From positions 21,749,175-21,813,174 of the forward strand of contig NC_092677.1 in assembly GCF_964355755.1 (NCBI RefSeq): a stretch of 64,000 bases of DNA, written 5' to 3'. The notes below the pieces were generated by a model. The model saw only the letters and a list, made by a program, of their open reading frames with translations. It searched no databases and was not told the DNA's origin. Positions within the stretch are counted from its first letter, which is position 1. Each line of letters begins with the position of its first letter. Made by a program: the position numbers and the translations under genes. Positions 25,534 through 40,400 of this stretch are shown piece after piece. Source of the DNA: Antedon mediterranea. Lineage: Eukaryota; Animalia; Echinodermata.

Positions 25534-26368
25534 TCCTTCATCAGTTAAATTTGTTCCGTGTGCACCCAAGCCCAAGCGTATAGCAACAAATGATATAAAC
25601 TGCAATACGATTCTTTTTACAGTAGGCCTAGGATTCTAGGTCAGTTCATGTGATTGCCTTCGCACACTCTTCTTCACACACACCACTATGCAAAATGTGT
25701 CGGGGCTAATCGACAGTAAGGCAAGACATTCAACTTATTAAGTAGTAATTGACATAGCCCAAAGAAAGCTTAGAACCAAAAGGAATAAAGAAAATGCGCG
25801 TACCTAGTCCAGTCAATCTAGTGATATTTAGAGGTAAACCCACCACAAATTGCAATAGTAACGAAACATTGATTTTTTCATTCCAAATGTAGTTTAGAAT
25901 GACATATTAAAAGTCACCGAAAATTGAAGCATTGGAACACATTATTTTTTACGTAATCTCAACAACTATATAGTGATTTTATTCCATCAATATTTTTGGG
26001 GTAGGGGTAACATTTATGCCCATAACTTGTGGGTTTATAATCCAATCTCAATAATCTTGATATCAATGTGTAGAATATATATTTCTTTCTAAAATGCAAT
26101 TTAAAAAAACAAAATACAACACTTATTTATATAACTAGAGGTCAAAGGGTTATTGACCTTTTACAAAAAATCATTTTTTCCTTAAAAAAATGATTAACTG
26201 CAATATTGTATGCCATAATTGTGGATGCATTTTAATCAAAATTGTGTTTTTTCTGTACCTATCGATATATAAAATAGGAAACATGATGTTAACTAGAAGA
26301 ATTTTAAAAGTAATGATGTACTATTCTTATTGAAATTGATTCTTGATCAAATGTAATGTAAACAATTT

Positions 26369-26748
26369 TTAGGAAGGAGAAAGGACGCAGCCCTCTGGTA
26401 TCCATCATAAATGACGAACCAGCGATATTGTCCATTCCTTTAAATACCTAGGTACTATATTTGAGGACAATCTCAGCTGGGAATTAAATACAGAGGCATG
26501 AATAGTAAAGAAAGGACACCAGAGACTTTATCTGTTAAGGAAGCTGAACCATTTTAATGTCGATAGATAAAGTAATTCTCAGGTTTTTTTTTATAATTCC
26601 TTTATTAAGAACGTTTTAACTTTTTTCCTTTATATGCTGGTTTTTTAGTCTTAGGGTCAAAGAGAGAAACTCACTACAAAGAATTGTTAACTTAAGTTCT
26701 AACTTAATAGGTTGTCAACTTTGTAGCTTATCTTCCTTCTGTGACATG
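26369..26748 (+). repeat. Duplicate of LINE fragment 28130-28510
   Basis: Essentially identical sequence; part of a tandem duplication with internal deletion. Confidence 0.9.
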
Positions 26749-28019
26749 TAGAGGTAAACCCACCACAAATTGCAATAGTAACGAAACATTGATTTTTTCA
26801 TTCCAAATGTAGTTTAGAATGACATATTAAAAGTCACCGAAAATTGAAGCATTGGAACACATTATTTTTTACGTAATCTCAACAACTATATAGTGATTTT
26901 ATTCCATCAATATTTTTGGGGTAGGGGTAACATTTATGCCCATAACTTGTGGGTTTATAATCCAATCTCAATAATCTTGATATCAATGTGTAGAATATAT
27001 ATTTCTTTCTAAAATGCAATTTAAAAAAACAAAATACAACACTTATTTATATAACTAGAGGTCAAAGGGTTATTGACCTTTTACAAAAAATCATTTTTTC
27101 CTTAAAAAAATGATTAACTGCAATATTGTATGCCATAATTGTGGATGCATTTTAATCAAAATTGTGTTTTTTCTGTACCTATCGATATATAAAATAGGAA
27201 ACATGATGTTAACTAGAAGAATTTTAAAAGTAATGATGTACTATTCTTATTGAAATTGATTCTTGATCAAATGTAATGTAAACAATTTTGGGGTAGGGGG
27301 TAGCGTTTATGCCTATAATCTATTATTTTATAATCATATCTAAATAGCTTTAGTACCAATGTGTAGAGTATATATATCCTACTAATATACATTAAAAAAA
27401 CAATTAATACAACAGTTATACGTAACTAGAGGTCAAAAGGTTATTGACCTTTTACAAAAACTCAAATTTTTCCTAACAAAATTATTAACATGCAATGTCT
27501 TATTCCATAATTGTCGATGCATTTGATGTAACTTGTGTTTTTTCTGTACCTATCGTCATATGAATTAGGAAAAATGATGTTAAGTATTTTGAATTAATTA
27601 TGCACTTATAATAAATAAATAAATAATAATAACAATAATAAAAATAATCCTATAATAATGATAAATTGTTATCAACAACAGGTAGTGTAGTAGTAGGTAA
27701 CATTATTTTATGCCTGCCAATAACATCTAAATAACTACAAATGTGTATAATATGTATTGCTTACTCTAAAAACTAATTGATACAACAGTTTTTATGTAAC
27801 TATAGAGGTCATTGACCTTTTACGTAAAACTAAATTATGGTTATATATATTTTATTTATATTTTGGTAATATTTGGTGCAAATAATGTTTTTCCTGTACC
27901 TATTGCATCATCATGAAATAGGAAAAATAATGCTAGCTAGAAGAATGATGACTGTCGCAGAGAACAGGACAATAGTCATCTTGTCAAATTTGCTGACGAC
28001 ACTGTCTTGCTGTCTCTCC

Positions 28020-28680
28020 TTCAAAATTCACAGGACGGTCATGGTTCCGCATTAGATTGTTTTATCCAATTTTGTAGAAACTTCTACTTGGAACCCAATG
28101 TGACCAAAACCAATGACATGATTGTAGATTTTAGGAAGGAGAAAGGACGCAGCCCTCTGGTATCCATCATAAATGACGAACCAGCGATATTGTCCATTCC
28201 TTTAAATACCTAGGTACTATATTTGAGGACAATCTCAGCTGGGAATTAAATACAGAGGCATGAATAGTAAAGAAAGGACACCAGAGACTTTATCTGTTAA
28301 GGAAGCTGAACCATTTTAATGTCGATAGATAAAGTAATTCTCAGGTTTTTTTTTATAATTCCTTTATTAAGAACGTTTTAACTTTTTTCCTTTATATGCT
28401 GGTTTTTTAGTCTTAGGGTCAAAGAGAGAAACTCACTACAAAGAATTGTTAACTTAAGTTCTAACTTAATAGGTTGTCAACTTTGTAGCTTATCTTCCTT
28501 CTGTGACATGCAAACTCTAGAAAAAAGTAGAGCTATTCTAAAAAATGTTAACCATGCCTTGTTCAGTGATTTCGAGCTTATGCCTCATGGGTGTCGCTTT
28601 CGATGCATGTAGAACAAACCGGAAAAGAAATTCGTTTTTGCCAGTTGCCATCCGACTCTTCTTGAACTTTGACTCTTGTT
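28020..28680 (+). mobile_element. 5'-truncated Rex1/Babar-type LINE, degenerate RT C-terminus
   Basis: Frameshifted translation LEPNVTKTNDMIVDFRK..FKYLGTIFEDNLSWELNT..KKGHQRLYLLRKL..FICWF..NHALFSDFELMPHGCRFR..RNSFLPVAIRL, typical of the RT thumb and C-terminus in this clade. Confidence 0.8.
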
Positions 28681-28789
28681 ATATTGTACTGTGTATTGTG
28701 ATATTTTTGTATATTTTGTAGGATCATTTTAATCCAGACCTTTTTATTTGAATTGCTCCGTGTGGGATGATATTGTTTAATCCTTCAAA

Positions 28790-30470
28790 TAGAAAAGGAC
28801 TCACAACTTATATGTCATCAGTATCACTTTCTTGTTCGGGTATTAGTACAGTGAAATGCCATTGCATTCACCACATGTAGTTCTAGTTACCCCTGAATGC
28901 TTCAAGGAGATACTCAGGTGCTGGCTTTAAGTCTGTGTGTAGAGGAACCATGTTTCCATCATCTGATCTTCCATCCCCAATCCTCGGTACACATATCAAC
29001 CCCACTCCATTGCTAAAAGATAACTTGAACTTGAACATGATGTTAAGTACCTTGGTTGTGGTACGATTATGAAGTTGGCGATATGCGAGGTTGTACTTGT
29101 AGATGGGATGGAGTCAAAGGCATTCCACGTTTTCCAGGTCGTCCATTGTACAGACACACTAAATCATTTTCTCTAGCAATCACAATGTCATCCTTTGTAG
29201 CTTGTTTGCATCTGAAGACTACAGCATAATGTAAGAAATAAGTGCAATGACAAGCTTTTTTTAGAGCCAATTCTGAAAACTCTGGATGTTGTGTCACCAG
29301 TATCGCATGAGCAAACAGAAGGTTATCACAGATGTCTCTCAAAAGTACTGTTTGAACCAGTTTGATAGTCCAGCATCTCAGTTCCAGTCTAAAGAATATC
29401 ACAAGATGTTTTAAATGCTTGATTGCAGAGGAGCACTAGTAGATCCGTGTCATCGGATAATGACAGATGTTTTCCTGTTTGCTGATTCAATGGTTTTTTG
29501 TACTATCCGAAAGAACATCTGCATCAGCAGTTGCATTCACTCATTGCCATGTTGTTCAAATACTAGTTACGAAGATTTATAAATTGTTGTTTGTTACAGA
29601 AAGTGATCTAATTTTGTGGAACATGTCACTGGTAAAATGTACAGGGACACTACCACCTGACACGCCTTACCATGTGCGCCGTCTTTGGTGTATGAACCGC
29701 TTTCATAATTATCAAAGACTATGATGGCAGAGCAATATTTTTTACAGATCTCTACACTATTCCATGGAATGCTGTGCAGTAGAGCACTACCATCTAGAAT
29801 GTAGGCCTACTGGACATCATTCAGTGATTTGGATGTGTTAGACTATTCAGAAGAAGTTGTTTCCACATAGCATCATGTTGGTTTATTAGCTGAAAGTATT
29901 GTAAGTTGGTAGTTTCAAAAAGTGCTGGTGGATAACAAAGTTCATGTTCATGTTGTCACCTCGAGTCTCCTCTGGAACTGTAGGATCAATGCACACATAT
30001 TTGCCTGTATGTACATATGACTTGATTACCAGGATCTTGAATACATTGCAAGACTTTCTGGCCAAAATATTTAATGCTTAATACCACATTGCTTATATTC
30101 CGAATCACCTGCAGTAACTCCCGTATCAATGGTATGAAGTCTCTGAGTCGTAACCAAATGTATTTTTCAATTGCCATTGTGTCCCTGACGTGTGGCCATA
30201 AGGTCTTATGTTGGCCGCTGCTGGAGTAACGCCCTGATACTATTGCAAGGCATTACATACATTTCAGCGCAGATTTGGTCTGGATGTACTCATTCCTATA
30301 TCTCTTGCCAAACCTCTGGTTTTCTTTGAGGCTTCTCATAGAAACCCTTTCAATCCAGTCCAGATGGTCCGAACGTCATACAACATGGAGGTCATTGTCA
30401 AACTGCTGTTGAACATCTTTGTATTTCTACTGGTTAAAAAATCGTTAAAATACTTATACATCCCAATATA
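28790..30470 (-). pseudogene. Academ transposase remnant (XPG/PIN-like nuclease region plus Cys-rich tail)
   Basis: Fragmented motifs HVVRRSD, IERVSMRSLKETRGL, DDTDLLVLLC, NLLFAHAIL(GC)DTTS, PLHTDLKPAPEYLL, TCGECNG; many stops and frameshifts. Confidence 0.7.
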
Positions 30471-31317
30471 AATACTGTAACCATGGCAACACAAATGTCA
30501 TCTGGAAAAAATGGAATGTAGATCATCCAGAAGCAACAGGAACGGAGATATCACTCATCTGCATCTTGAGCTGGTCATTAGTGTATCGCTTTGGACTGAA
30601 ATGTTCACCCCAGGGTATCCCTGTGTGTATACCATTGTTGATTACAGCTAAAACAACATTTTTTGCCAAAATTGACACATTATGTTGTGTTTTTCCGCAA
30701 AAATGACATTCTAAATAACATCTTATGACTATAAGTTTGATATCACTGAATAGGAAATTTAATAAGCTTTCGGATGACATAAATCAAACTTGTATATAAT
30801 GTATTTCAAATGGTTAAATATATGTAATTAATGGGGCATATTAATTTTGAATTAAAATGACCTTTATTGACCTCTGACCCCTTGACCCAATGCTTGGATT
30901 TTCGGTGACTTTTAGTATGTTGCTCTACACTTTATATGGAATTCAAAAATACTTGCTTTGTTACTATTGCAATTTGTGGTGGGTATATCATTAGATTGAC
31001 TGGACTAACCGTATATGAACACATGAGATGGAAAGATAGGCCTACGAGAATAAAAAATGTATTTTCGTGTACTTTAGTTTTATTGTTTAATTTTGCGGGT
31101 GTCACGAAACCTAAGACCACAAAAGCTAAGACCTAAGATCACGAAAGCTAAGACCCAAGACCTAAGATTACAAATATTTATCTTTCGCACCTGCCTTGTA
31201 TTTTAACTCCCAACATTTATTCTGAACACGTAACAAGAAAATTTAACTGATGAATTATTCATGTTTATTTTGTGACGTTTCATGAGGGGTCTTATGTACG
31301 AAAAAAAAATCGCGGCC

Positions 31318-31400
31318 AGGATCCAGTCAAGTCCCCCCATCGCATAGTCGCCCCAAAACAAAGTCGCCCCAACGCAAAGTTGTCCCATCGCAAAGTCGTA
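31318..31400 (+). repeat. Transposon-like terminus with 18-bp subterminal repeats (MuDR/foldback-like)
   Basis: AGTCAAGTC followed by repeats of CAAAGTCGCCCCAACG; inverted counterpart at 61605-61676. Confidence 0.55.
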
Positions 31401-34400
31401 CACTGTTTTATTTCGGTATGAAAAGTTCGAAAATGTTCATTTAATATGATTTCAAAATTATTTACCAAAGACACAAGTACGAATCTTCAACCTACAAGTG
31501 GATACAGCTCATTTTTTAGGATAATATAATATTTAATAATAAAAATGTATAAAAGTGATATAGTAGGCCTATCGTATAGATTAGTTAAAACAAACAGCAT
31601 GTAACTAAGACAATGTTATGGGCTACTTTTTGATCATTTGCATTTATTGACAAGTATATGTCTAGTGTTATTAGGTGATCATTTAGAATAAAATGATCAC
31701 CTATTGTTATTGTACGAAATCTTTATTGTTATTGGTTATCCGTTACCCTTGTGATTGTAAAAATCATTTTCATCTTTATTAGTTATCCGCTTAGTAGCGG
31801 ATAACTCCTTGTAATCGTCCTGTTTCATCATATTTTTTTTTTTTTTTTTTTGGTTATCCGCAACTAGTAAGTTGCGGATAACCCTTGTTATTGTAAATAT
31901 CTTTTTTCTTCATCTTTATTCTTCTTTCTTTCCCGGATTTTTGTGCGTCGCATATCTCTCATCCTTGTCAACATAAGATTGTATAACTTTGTCATAAGAT
32001 TGACCTGTAGCTGTAGATGTGCAAGAAACTTCGTTATATGACTTTAGAGTCGCGCAGCGAAAGTGACGCGCGATTTTATGAATTTCAATGATTGGTCATA
32101 GATTATAAACCAAAAGTAATTTTATGTTGACAATTGGTGAAAATTTAAGTTAAATTAAGGGCAAACTTTCTATGGATTAAAAATGACATGTTTCACAAGA
32201 AGTTACGCGAGCACGCGCATTTAAAAATTTAAAATGCGCAAAATTAATTTCTAATCAACTTTCTACGCTGATCATGACATTTTGAGCATGTCAAAAATTC
32301 CCACGCGCGCGAAAAAAATTACGCGTAAGGTGCGCACGGAGCATGAAAACCATGTGTTTTTCTCTTGAATTATAATTTTACAGTCTTTCCTAGTTATTTT
32401 AAAAAAGATTGACATCATTTCAAATTAAAATGACGTCATACGAACACATTGATTTACACCATCTGCGTGCGTTTTAGTTGCAAAAGTGACAAAATATTGT
32501 CAAAATTATGCCTACTTTGAATCTATTATAGCTCCTCAGGATCAACCGTTACCCCCAATTTTTTTAATTTAATATGTAAGCAGATATGTTGTAGATATGA
32601 ATTCATGCAGAATCTTTACCCCTCGGATGTTATGACGTCATCGTATGGCCACACGAATGTAAAATATTGGATTTTTGACTGTTTCGCTATTGCTCATTAC
32701 ATTAAATAGAGCGCATATCGCTTATACGTATTCCATTTCCTCATATATTTTAATACTCTCTAGGTCAATCAACCATCTTTCGCATGAGTTAAAAATATCT
32801 TAATTTTTATGACGTCATCATGTCTAAAAATGTAAATAACGCAGTTCACCTTTTTTCAGCTTTACAGTAAGTTTCAATCTGTTATAGCTCGTCAGAATAA
32901 AAAGTGATAATCATGATTAAAACGTTTTCTGAAAGCTATTGGATTGTAGATAAAAATTTATGTGAATATTTTGCCAATCATATGTTGTGACGTCATTATA
33001 TGGGCAGTTGAATTCAAAAGGTCATATTTTCATCTCTTGCGTAAAAGTTCCTTGCGTTTAAACGAGAGCGCATCTCTCTTTTACGTGCCCAAAATTCCTC
33101 AAATTTGTATTAATGTAATTATTTAGATAATTATCTTAATATAAAATATCTTTATATGTCAATTTGATGACGTCATCGTGTTAATAATTGGATTTAAAAG
33201 ATGGGTCTCGTAATTTCGTCTATGCTACACTGTATATTACATACAATGTATTCTGTAAATACTGTAATATGCTGTATGCTACAAAATAGGTACAATTCAA
33301 AACTGTAAACATACTTAATTCATGTCATAGGATGGCATAACAATTGTCGAAGTTCATATAGTTTAAAGTATGTGCATGTTGTGTTTGCGCGGATAACCCG
33401 AACTCGTCAAAGTGACGAGTTCAAATCTAGTTTTTCTGTATTATACTTCTTTCCTTCTGTCATTTTTGTGCGTCGCGTTTCTCTAAAACGTGTAAACAGA
33501 ACATATCGTAACTTTGTCAACATATCGACATTTACGTGAACTTGTGCACCTCCTATTTTTGAATGACGTCAGAGTTGCGCAACGTGACTTACGCGCGATT
33601 TTATGAATTTCAATGATTGATCATAGACTAAAAACCAAACATAATTTTGTTTTGACACTTTGTAAAAATTTAAGTCACATCAAGCGCAAACTTTCTATGG
33701 ATTAAAAATAGCATCTTTCACAAAAAGTTACGCGCGCACGCGCGTTTAAAGTTTTAGAGTGCGAAAAATCAACTTCTATTCTAATCAAGTTTCTATGCGT
33801 TTCATGTCATTTTGAGCATGTCAAAAATTCCCACGCGCGCGAAACTTTTTACGCACGCGGTGCACACGTAGCGTTAAAAACATGCTTTTTTCGCGTGATT
33901 TATGTTTTTTCAGCCTTTTATAGTAATGCTACCAACTTTGAAACAATTTCGACTTAAAATTATGTCATACGAGCACGTCGAATTAAATAATTTGCACGCG
34001 TTTCTGGTGAAAAAGTTCAAAAATTCGTCAAAATTATGCCTATTTTTAAACAGTCATAGATTCTAAACTACATGGAGAACTTTTTTTTAATTGCATATTC
34101 TGGAAGTTGATGAGTTGTAGATATCGAATCATGCATTATGATTAATATGGCTAACCGGACATTGTGACGTCATCGTATGGCCACGCGAATATAAAATATA
34201 GGATTTTTGTCTCTTTCGTCATAGCTCATCACATTTAATAGAGCGCATCTCCACTTATTCGTTGTCCATTTTCACCCCGATTTTAATATGTTCTAGGTCA
34301 ATCAACTATCTTTTGCATGAATTAAAAAATTTTTAATTTTTTCAACGTCATCATGCCTAAACATTTAAATTACGTTGGTCATTAATTTCATCTTTACAGT

Positions 34401-37400
34401 AAATTTTAATCTGTTATAGCTCGTAAGAATAAAATGTGATAATCACGATTAAAACCTTTTCAGGAAGCTATTGTATTGTAGATACAAAATCATGTGAAAA
34501 TTGTGCCAATCGAATGTTGTGACGTCATCATATGGCCAGTTATATAAAAAAAGTCGTATTTTCATCTTTTGCGTTATATTTCATTACATTTAAAAGAGCG
34601 CGCATAAATATTTCACGTATTCAAATTTCTTCTACACGTTAATATGTTGTTGCTGAGATAATTTCATTCTGAAATTTCTACTTTTGCATTTCATTTTGAA
34701 GCCGTCAAGATGTTAAAAATTTCAATAAAATACGGGTCCCGTAATTTCACCTATTTTACACTGTTTGTGATATGTATACAGATTGTACTGTGTATAATAT
34801 GTATATGACACAAAATAACAGAATTCAGAAATAACATATCATATTCTTCAGTTCAGGTCATAATGCCTTAATATTTTTCTGTGTGCAATATTCTAACGTA
34901 TGACGTGCACGTGGCGTTTGTCGAGCGGATAACTAACTCGTCAAAGTGACGAGTTTCATGTCTAGTTCTTCTTTCTTTCCCGGATTTTTGTGCGTCGCAT
35001 ATCTCTCATCCTTGTCAACATAAGATTGTATAACTTTGTCAAAAGATTGACCTGTAGCTGTAGATGTGCAAGAAACTTTGTTATATGAATTTAGAGTCGC
35101 GCAGCGTAAGTTACGCGCGATTTTATGAATTTCAATGATTGGTTATAGATTATAAACCAAAAGTCATTTTGTATTGATACTTGGTGAAAATTTAAATCGT
35201 ATCAAGGGCAAACTTTCTATGGATTAAAAATGGCATGTTTCACAAAAAGTTACGCGCGCACGCGCATTTAAAATTTCAAAATGCGCAAAATTAATTTCTA
35301 ATCAACTTTCTACGTTGATCATGACATTTTGAGCATGTCAAAAATTCCCACGCGCGCGAAAAAAATTACGCGTAAGGTGCGCACGGAGCATGAAAATCAT
35401 GTGTTTTTCTCTTGAATTATAATTTTACAGTCTTTCCTAGTCATTTTAAAAAAGATTGACATCATTTCAAATTAAAATGACGTCATACGAACACGTTGAT
35501 TTAGACCATTTGCGCGCATTTTAGTTGCAAAAGTGACAAAATATTGTCAAAATTATGCCTATTTTTAATCTATTATAGCTCTTCAGGATCAAAGGTGACC
35601 CCCAATTTTTTTTACTTATTATGTAAGAAGATAAATTGTAGATATGAATTCATGCAGAATTTTTACCTCTCGGATGTTATGACGTCATCGTATGGCCACA
35701 CGAATGTAAAATATAGGATTTTTGTCTCTTTCGTTATTGCTCATCACATTCAACAGAGCGCATCTCACTTATACGTATTCAATTTCCTCCGAGATTTTAT
35801 TATTGTCTCTGTCAATAAACTATCTTTCGCATGAGTTAAAAATATTTTAATTTTTATGACGTCATCATGTCTAAAAATGTAAATAACGTGGGTCACTTCT
35901 TTTCATCTTTACAGTAAACTTCAATCTGTTATAACTCGTCAGAATAAAAAGTGACGCGCATGATTAAAACTTATTATAGAAGTTGTTGAATTGTAGATAT
36001 GAATTCATATACAAATTTTGTCTATCTGATGTCATGACGTTATCATATGGCCAGTTGAATTCAAAAAGTCATATTTTCATTTCTTGCGTAAAAGTGCATT
36101 GCGTTTAAACGAGAGCGCATGTCACTTTTACGTGCCCAAAATTCTTCAAATTTGTATTAATGTAATTATTTAGATAATTATCTTCTAAAATAGTTATCTT
36201 TATGTCAATTTGATGACGTCATCGTGTTAATAATTGGATTTAAAAGATGGGTCTCGTAATTTCGTCTATGCTACACTGTATAACATATACAGTGTATTCT
36301 GTAAATACTGTAATATGTTGTATGCTACAAAATAGGTACAATTCAGCACTGTAAACGTATTTAAATCATGTAATAGGAAGGCATAATAATTGTCGGCGTT
36401 CATATATTTTAAACGTATGTGCATGTTGCGTTTGCGCGGATAACCCGAACTCGTCAAAGTGACGAGTTCAAATCTAGTTCTTTTCTGTATTATGCTTCTT
36501 TCCTTCTGTCATTTTTGTGCGTCGCGTTTCTCTAAAACGTGTAAACAGAACATATCGTAACTTTGTCAACATATCGACATTTACGTGAACTTGTGCACCT
36601 CCTATTTTTGAATGATGTCAGAGTTGCGCAACGTGACTTACGCGCGATTTTATGAATTTCAATGATTGATCATAGACTAAAAACCAAACATAATTTTGTT
36701 TTGACACTTTGTGAAAATTTAAGTCATATCAAGCGCAAACTTTCTATGGATTAAAAATAGCATGTTTCAAAAAAAATTACGCGCGCACGCGCGTTTACAA
36801 TTTTAGAAAGCGATAAATCAACTTCTAATCAACTTTCTATGCGTTTCATGTCATTTTGAGCATGTCAAAAATTTCCACGCACGCGGTGCACACGTAGCGT
36901 TAAAAACATTTTTTCCGCGTGATTTATGTTTTTTCAGCCTTTTCTAGTAATGTTACCAAATTTTAAACAATTTCGACTTAAAATTACGTCATACGAGCAC
37001 GTCGAATTAGATAATTTGCACGCGTTTTTGGTGAAAAAGTTCAAAAATTCGTCAAAATTATGCCTATTTTTAAACATTCATAGATTCTAAACTACATGGA
37101 GAACCTTTTTTTAATTACATATTCTGGAAGTTGATGAGTTGTAGATATTGGATTATACATTAATATGGCTAACCGGACATTGTGACGTCATCGTATGGCC
37201 ACGCGAATATAAAATATAGGATTTTTGTCTCTTTCGTCATAGCTCATCACATTTAATAGAGCGCATGTCCACTTATTCGTTGTCCATTTTCACCCCGATT
37301 TTAATATATTCTAGGTCAATCAACTATCTTTTGCATGAATTAAAAATTTTTTAATTTTTTTAACGTCATCATGCCTAAAAATTTAAATTACGTTGGTCAT

Positions 37401-40400
37401 TAATTTCATCTTTACAGTAAATTTTAATCTGTTATACCTCGTAAGAATAAAATGTGATAATCACGATTAAAACGTTTTCAGGAAGCTATTGTATTGTAGA
37501 TACAAAATCATGTGTAAATTGTGCCAATCGAATGTTGTGACGTCATCATATGGCCAGTTAAATAAAAAAAGTCGTATTTTCATCTTTTGCATTATATTTC
37601 ATTACATTTAAAAGAGCGCGCATCAATATTTCACGTATTCAAATTTCTTCTACACGTTAATATGTTGTTGCTGAGATAATTTCATTCAGAAATTTCTACT
37701 ATTGCATTTTATTTTGAAACCGTCAAGATGTTAAAAATTACAATAAAATACGGGTCCCGTAATTTCACCTATTTTACACTGTTTGTGATATGTATACAGA
37801 TTGTACTGTGTATACTATATGACACAAAATAATAATTCAGAAATAACAACATATCATATTCTTCAGTTCAGGTCATAATGCCTTAATATTTTTCTGTGTG
37901 CAATATTCTAACGTATGACGTGCACGTGGCGTTTGTCGAGCGGATAACTAACTCGGCAAAGTGACGAGTTTCATGTCTAGTTGGTTATCCGCAACGAAGT
38001 TGCAGGATAACCTCTTGTGATTGTACGAAATCATCATCATCAACATCATCTTTTTAGTTATCCGCACATGGCAGTGTGCGGATAACTCCTTGTTATTGTA
38101 TGGGATCTTTTTTTTCTTTTTAGTTATCCGCTTAGTAGCGGATAACTCCTTGTAACTGTATGAAATCATCTTTTTCTGTATTATTCTTTCTTTCTGTCAA
38201 TTTTGTGTCTCGAGTATCTCAAAAACTTGTAAACAAAACATTTTAAAACTTTGTCAACATGTGGGCATTCACGTGAAATTGTGCACCTCCTATTGTGAAT
38301 GACGTCAGAATTGCGCAACATGATTTACGCGCGTTTTAACGAATTTCGCGTATTTAACATAGATCGAAAACCATATAGCAATTTAAATTGAAACTTAACA
38401 AAAGTTTAATTTATATCTTGCGCTAACTGACTGTGGAAAAAAAATGACATGTTTCACACGAAGTTACGCGCGCACGGGCGTTTAAAATTTCAAAATGCGA
38501 AAAATCAATTTCTAATCAACTTTCTACGCGTTTCATGTCATTTTGAGCAAGTCAAAAAATCCCACGCGCGCGCATATTTTTACTCGCACGGTGCGCACGT
38601 AGCGTTGAAAATAAAAAATTTTCGCTTGATTCATGTTTTTCCAGCCTTTTCTAGTAATTTTACCAACTTTTGAACAATTTTGACCTAAAATTACGTCATA
38701 CGGGCACATCCAATTGGATAATTTACGTGCGTTTTTGATAAAAAAGTTCAATAATTTGTCAAAATTCGTCAAAATTATGCCTTTTTTTAAACATTCATAG
38801 ATTCTAAACTATGAGGTGAACTTTTTAAAAATTATATATTCTGGAAGTTGATGAGTTGTAGATATGAAATCATGCATTAATATGGCTAATCGGACATTAT
38901 AAGGTCATCGTATGGCCACGCGAATATAAAATATAGGATTTTTATATCTTTCGTCATAGCGCATCACATTTAATAGAGCGCATCTCCACTTATCCGTTTT
39001 TAATTTTCACCCCGATTTTGATATTGTCTAGGTGAACGAACTATCTTTCGCATGAGTTAAAAATATTTTAATTTTTATGACGTCATCATGTCGAAAATTG
39101 TAAATAACGTGGGTGACTTATTTTCATCTTTACAGTAAATTTCAATCTGTTATAGCTCATCAGAATAAAAAGTGATAATCATGATTAAAACGTTTTCTGG
39201 AAGCTAAGGGATTGTAGATACGAATTCATGTAAACATTTTGCCAATCGGATGTTGTGACGTCATCATATGGCCAGTTGAATAAAAAAAGGCGTATTTTCA
39301 TATCTTGTGTAATATTTCATCACATTTAAAAGGGCGCGCATCTATATTTTACGTATTCAAATTTCTTCTACTCGCTAATATGTTGTTGCTGAGATAATAT
39401 CCTTCCGAAATTGTTATTTTAGTGTTTCATTTTGATACCGTCGCCGTGTTAAAAAATGGAATAAATGGCGGGTCCCGTAATTTCACCTAGTCTACACTGT
39501 ATGTAATATGTATACAGATTATACTGTTTATACTATATGACACAAAATTGATAGAATTCAGCACTAACAACATGTTATATTCTTCAGATCAGGTCATAAT
39601 GCCATAATCTTTTTCTGTGTGCAAAATTCTAACGCATGACGTGCACGTGGCGTTTGTCGTGCGGATAACTAACTCGTCAAAGTGACGAGTTTCATGTCTA
39701 GTTCTGTATTATTCTTCTGTCTTTCTTCCTTTTTTTGTGAGCCCTGTTTCTCTAAAATGTGTGAACAGAACATATCATAACTTTGTCAACATATAGATAT
39801 TTACGTGAAGTTGTGCACCTCCTATTTTTGAAAAACGTCAGAGTTGCGCAACGTGACTTGCGCGCAATTTTATGAATTTAAATGATTGATCATAGATTAA
39901 AAACCGAAAGTCATTTTGTATTGAGACTTGGTGAAAATTTAATTCATATCAAGAGTCAACTTTCTGTGGATTAAAAATGGCATGTTTCACACAAAGTTAC
40001 GCGCGCACGCGCATTTAAAATTTTAAAATGCGAAAAATCAATTTCTAATCAACTTTCTACGCATTTCTTGTCATTTTGAGTATGTCAAAAATTCCCACAC
40101 GTGCGTAAATTTTTACGCGCGAGGGGGGCACGTAGCTTTAAAAACATACTTTTTTCGCGTGATTTATGTTTTTCCAGCCTTTTCTAGTAATTTTACCAAC
40201 TTTTAAACAATTTCGACTTAAAATTACGTCATTACGAGCACGTCGAATTGAATAATTTGCGCGCGTATTTGATCAAAAAGCTAAAAAAATCGTCAAAATT
40301 ATGCCTTTTTTTAAACAGTCGTAGTTTCTAAACTAAAAGTTATTTTTATTACATATTCTGGAAGTTGATGAGTTGTAGATATCAAATCATACATTAATAT

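Larger units (their letters stand above)
25829..30993 (-). mobile_element. Decayed Academ (XPG-nuclease type) DNA transposon
   Basis: Imperfect TIRs TAGAGGTAAACCCACCACAAATTGCAATAGTAAC (25829, duplicated at 26749) and GTTACTATTGCAATTTGTGGTGGGTATATCATTA (ends 30993), enclosing a transposase remnant. Flanks tatt/gatt are only an imperfect TSD. Confidence 0.65.
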
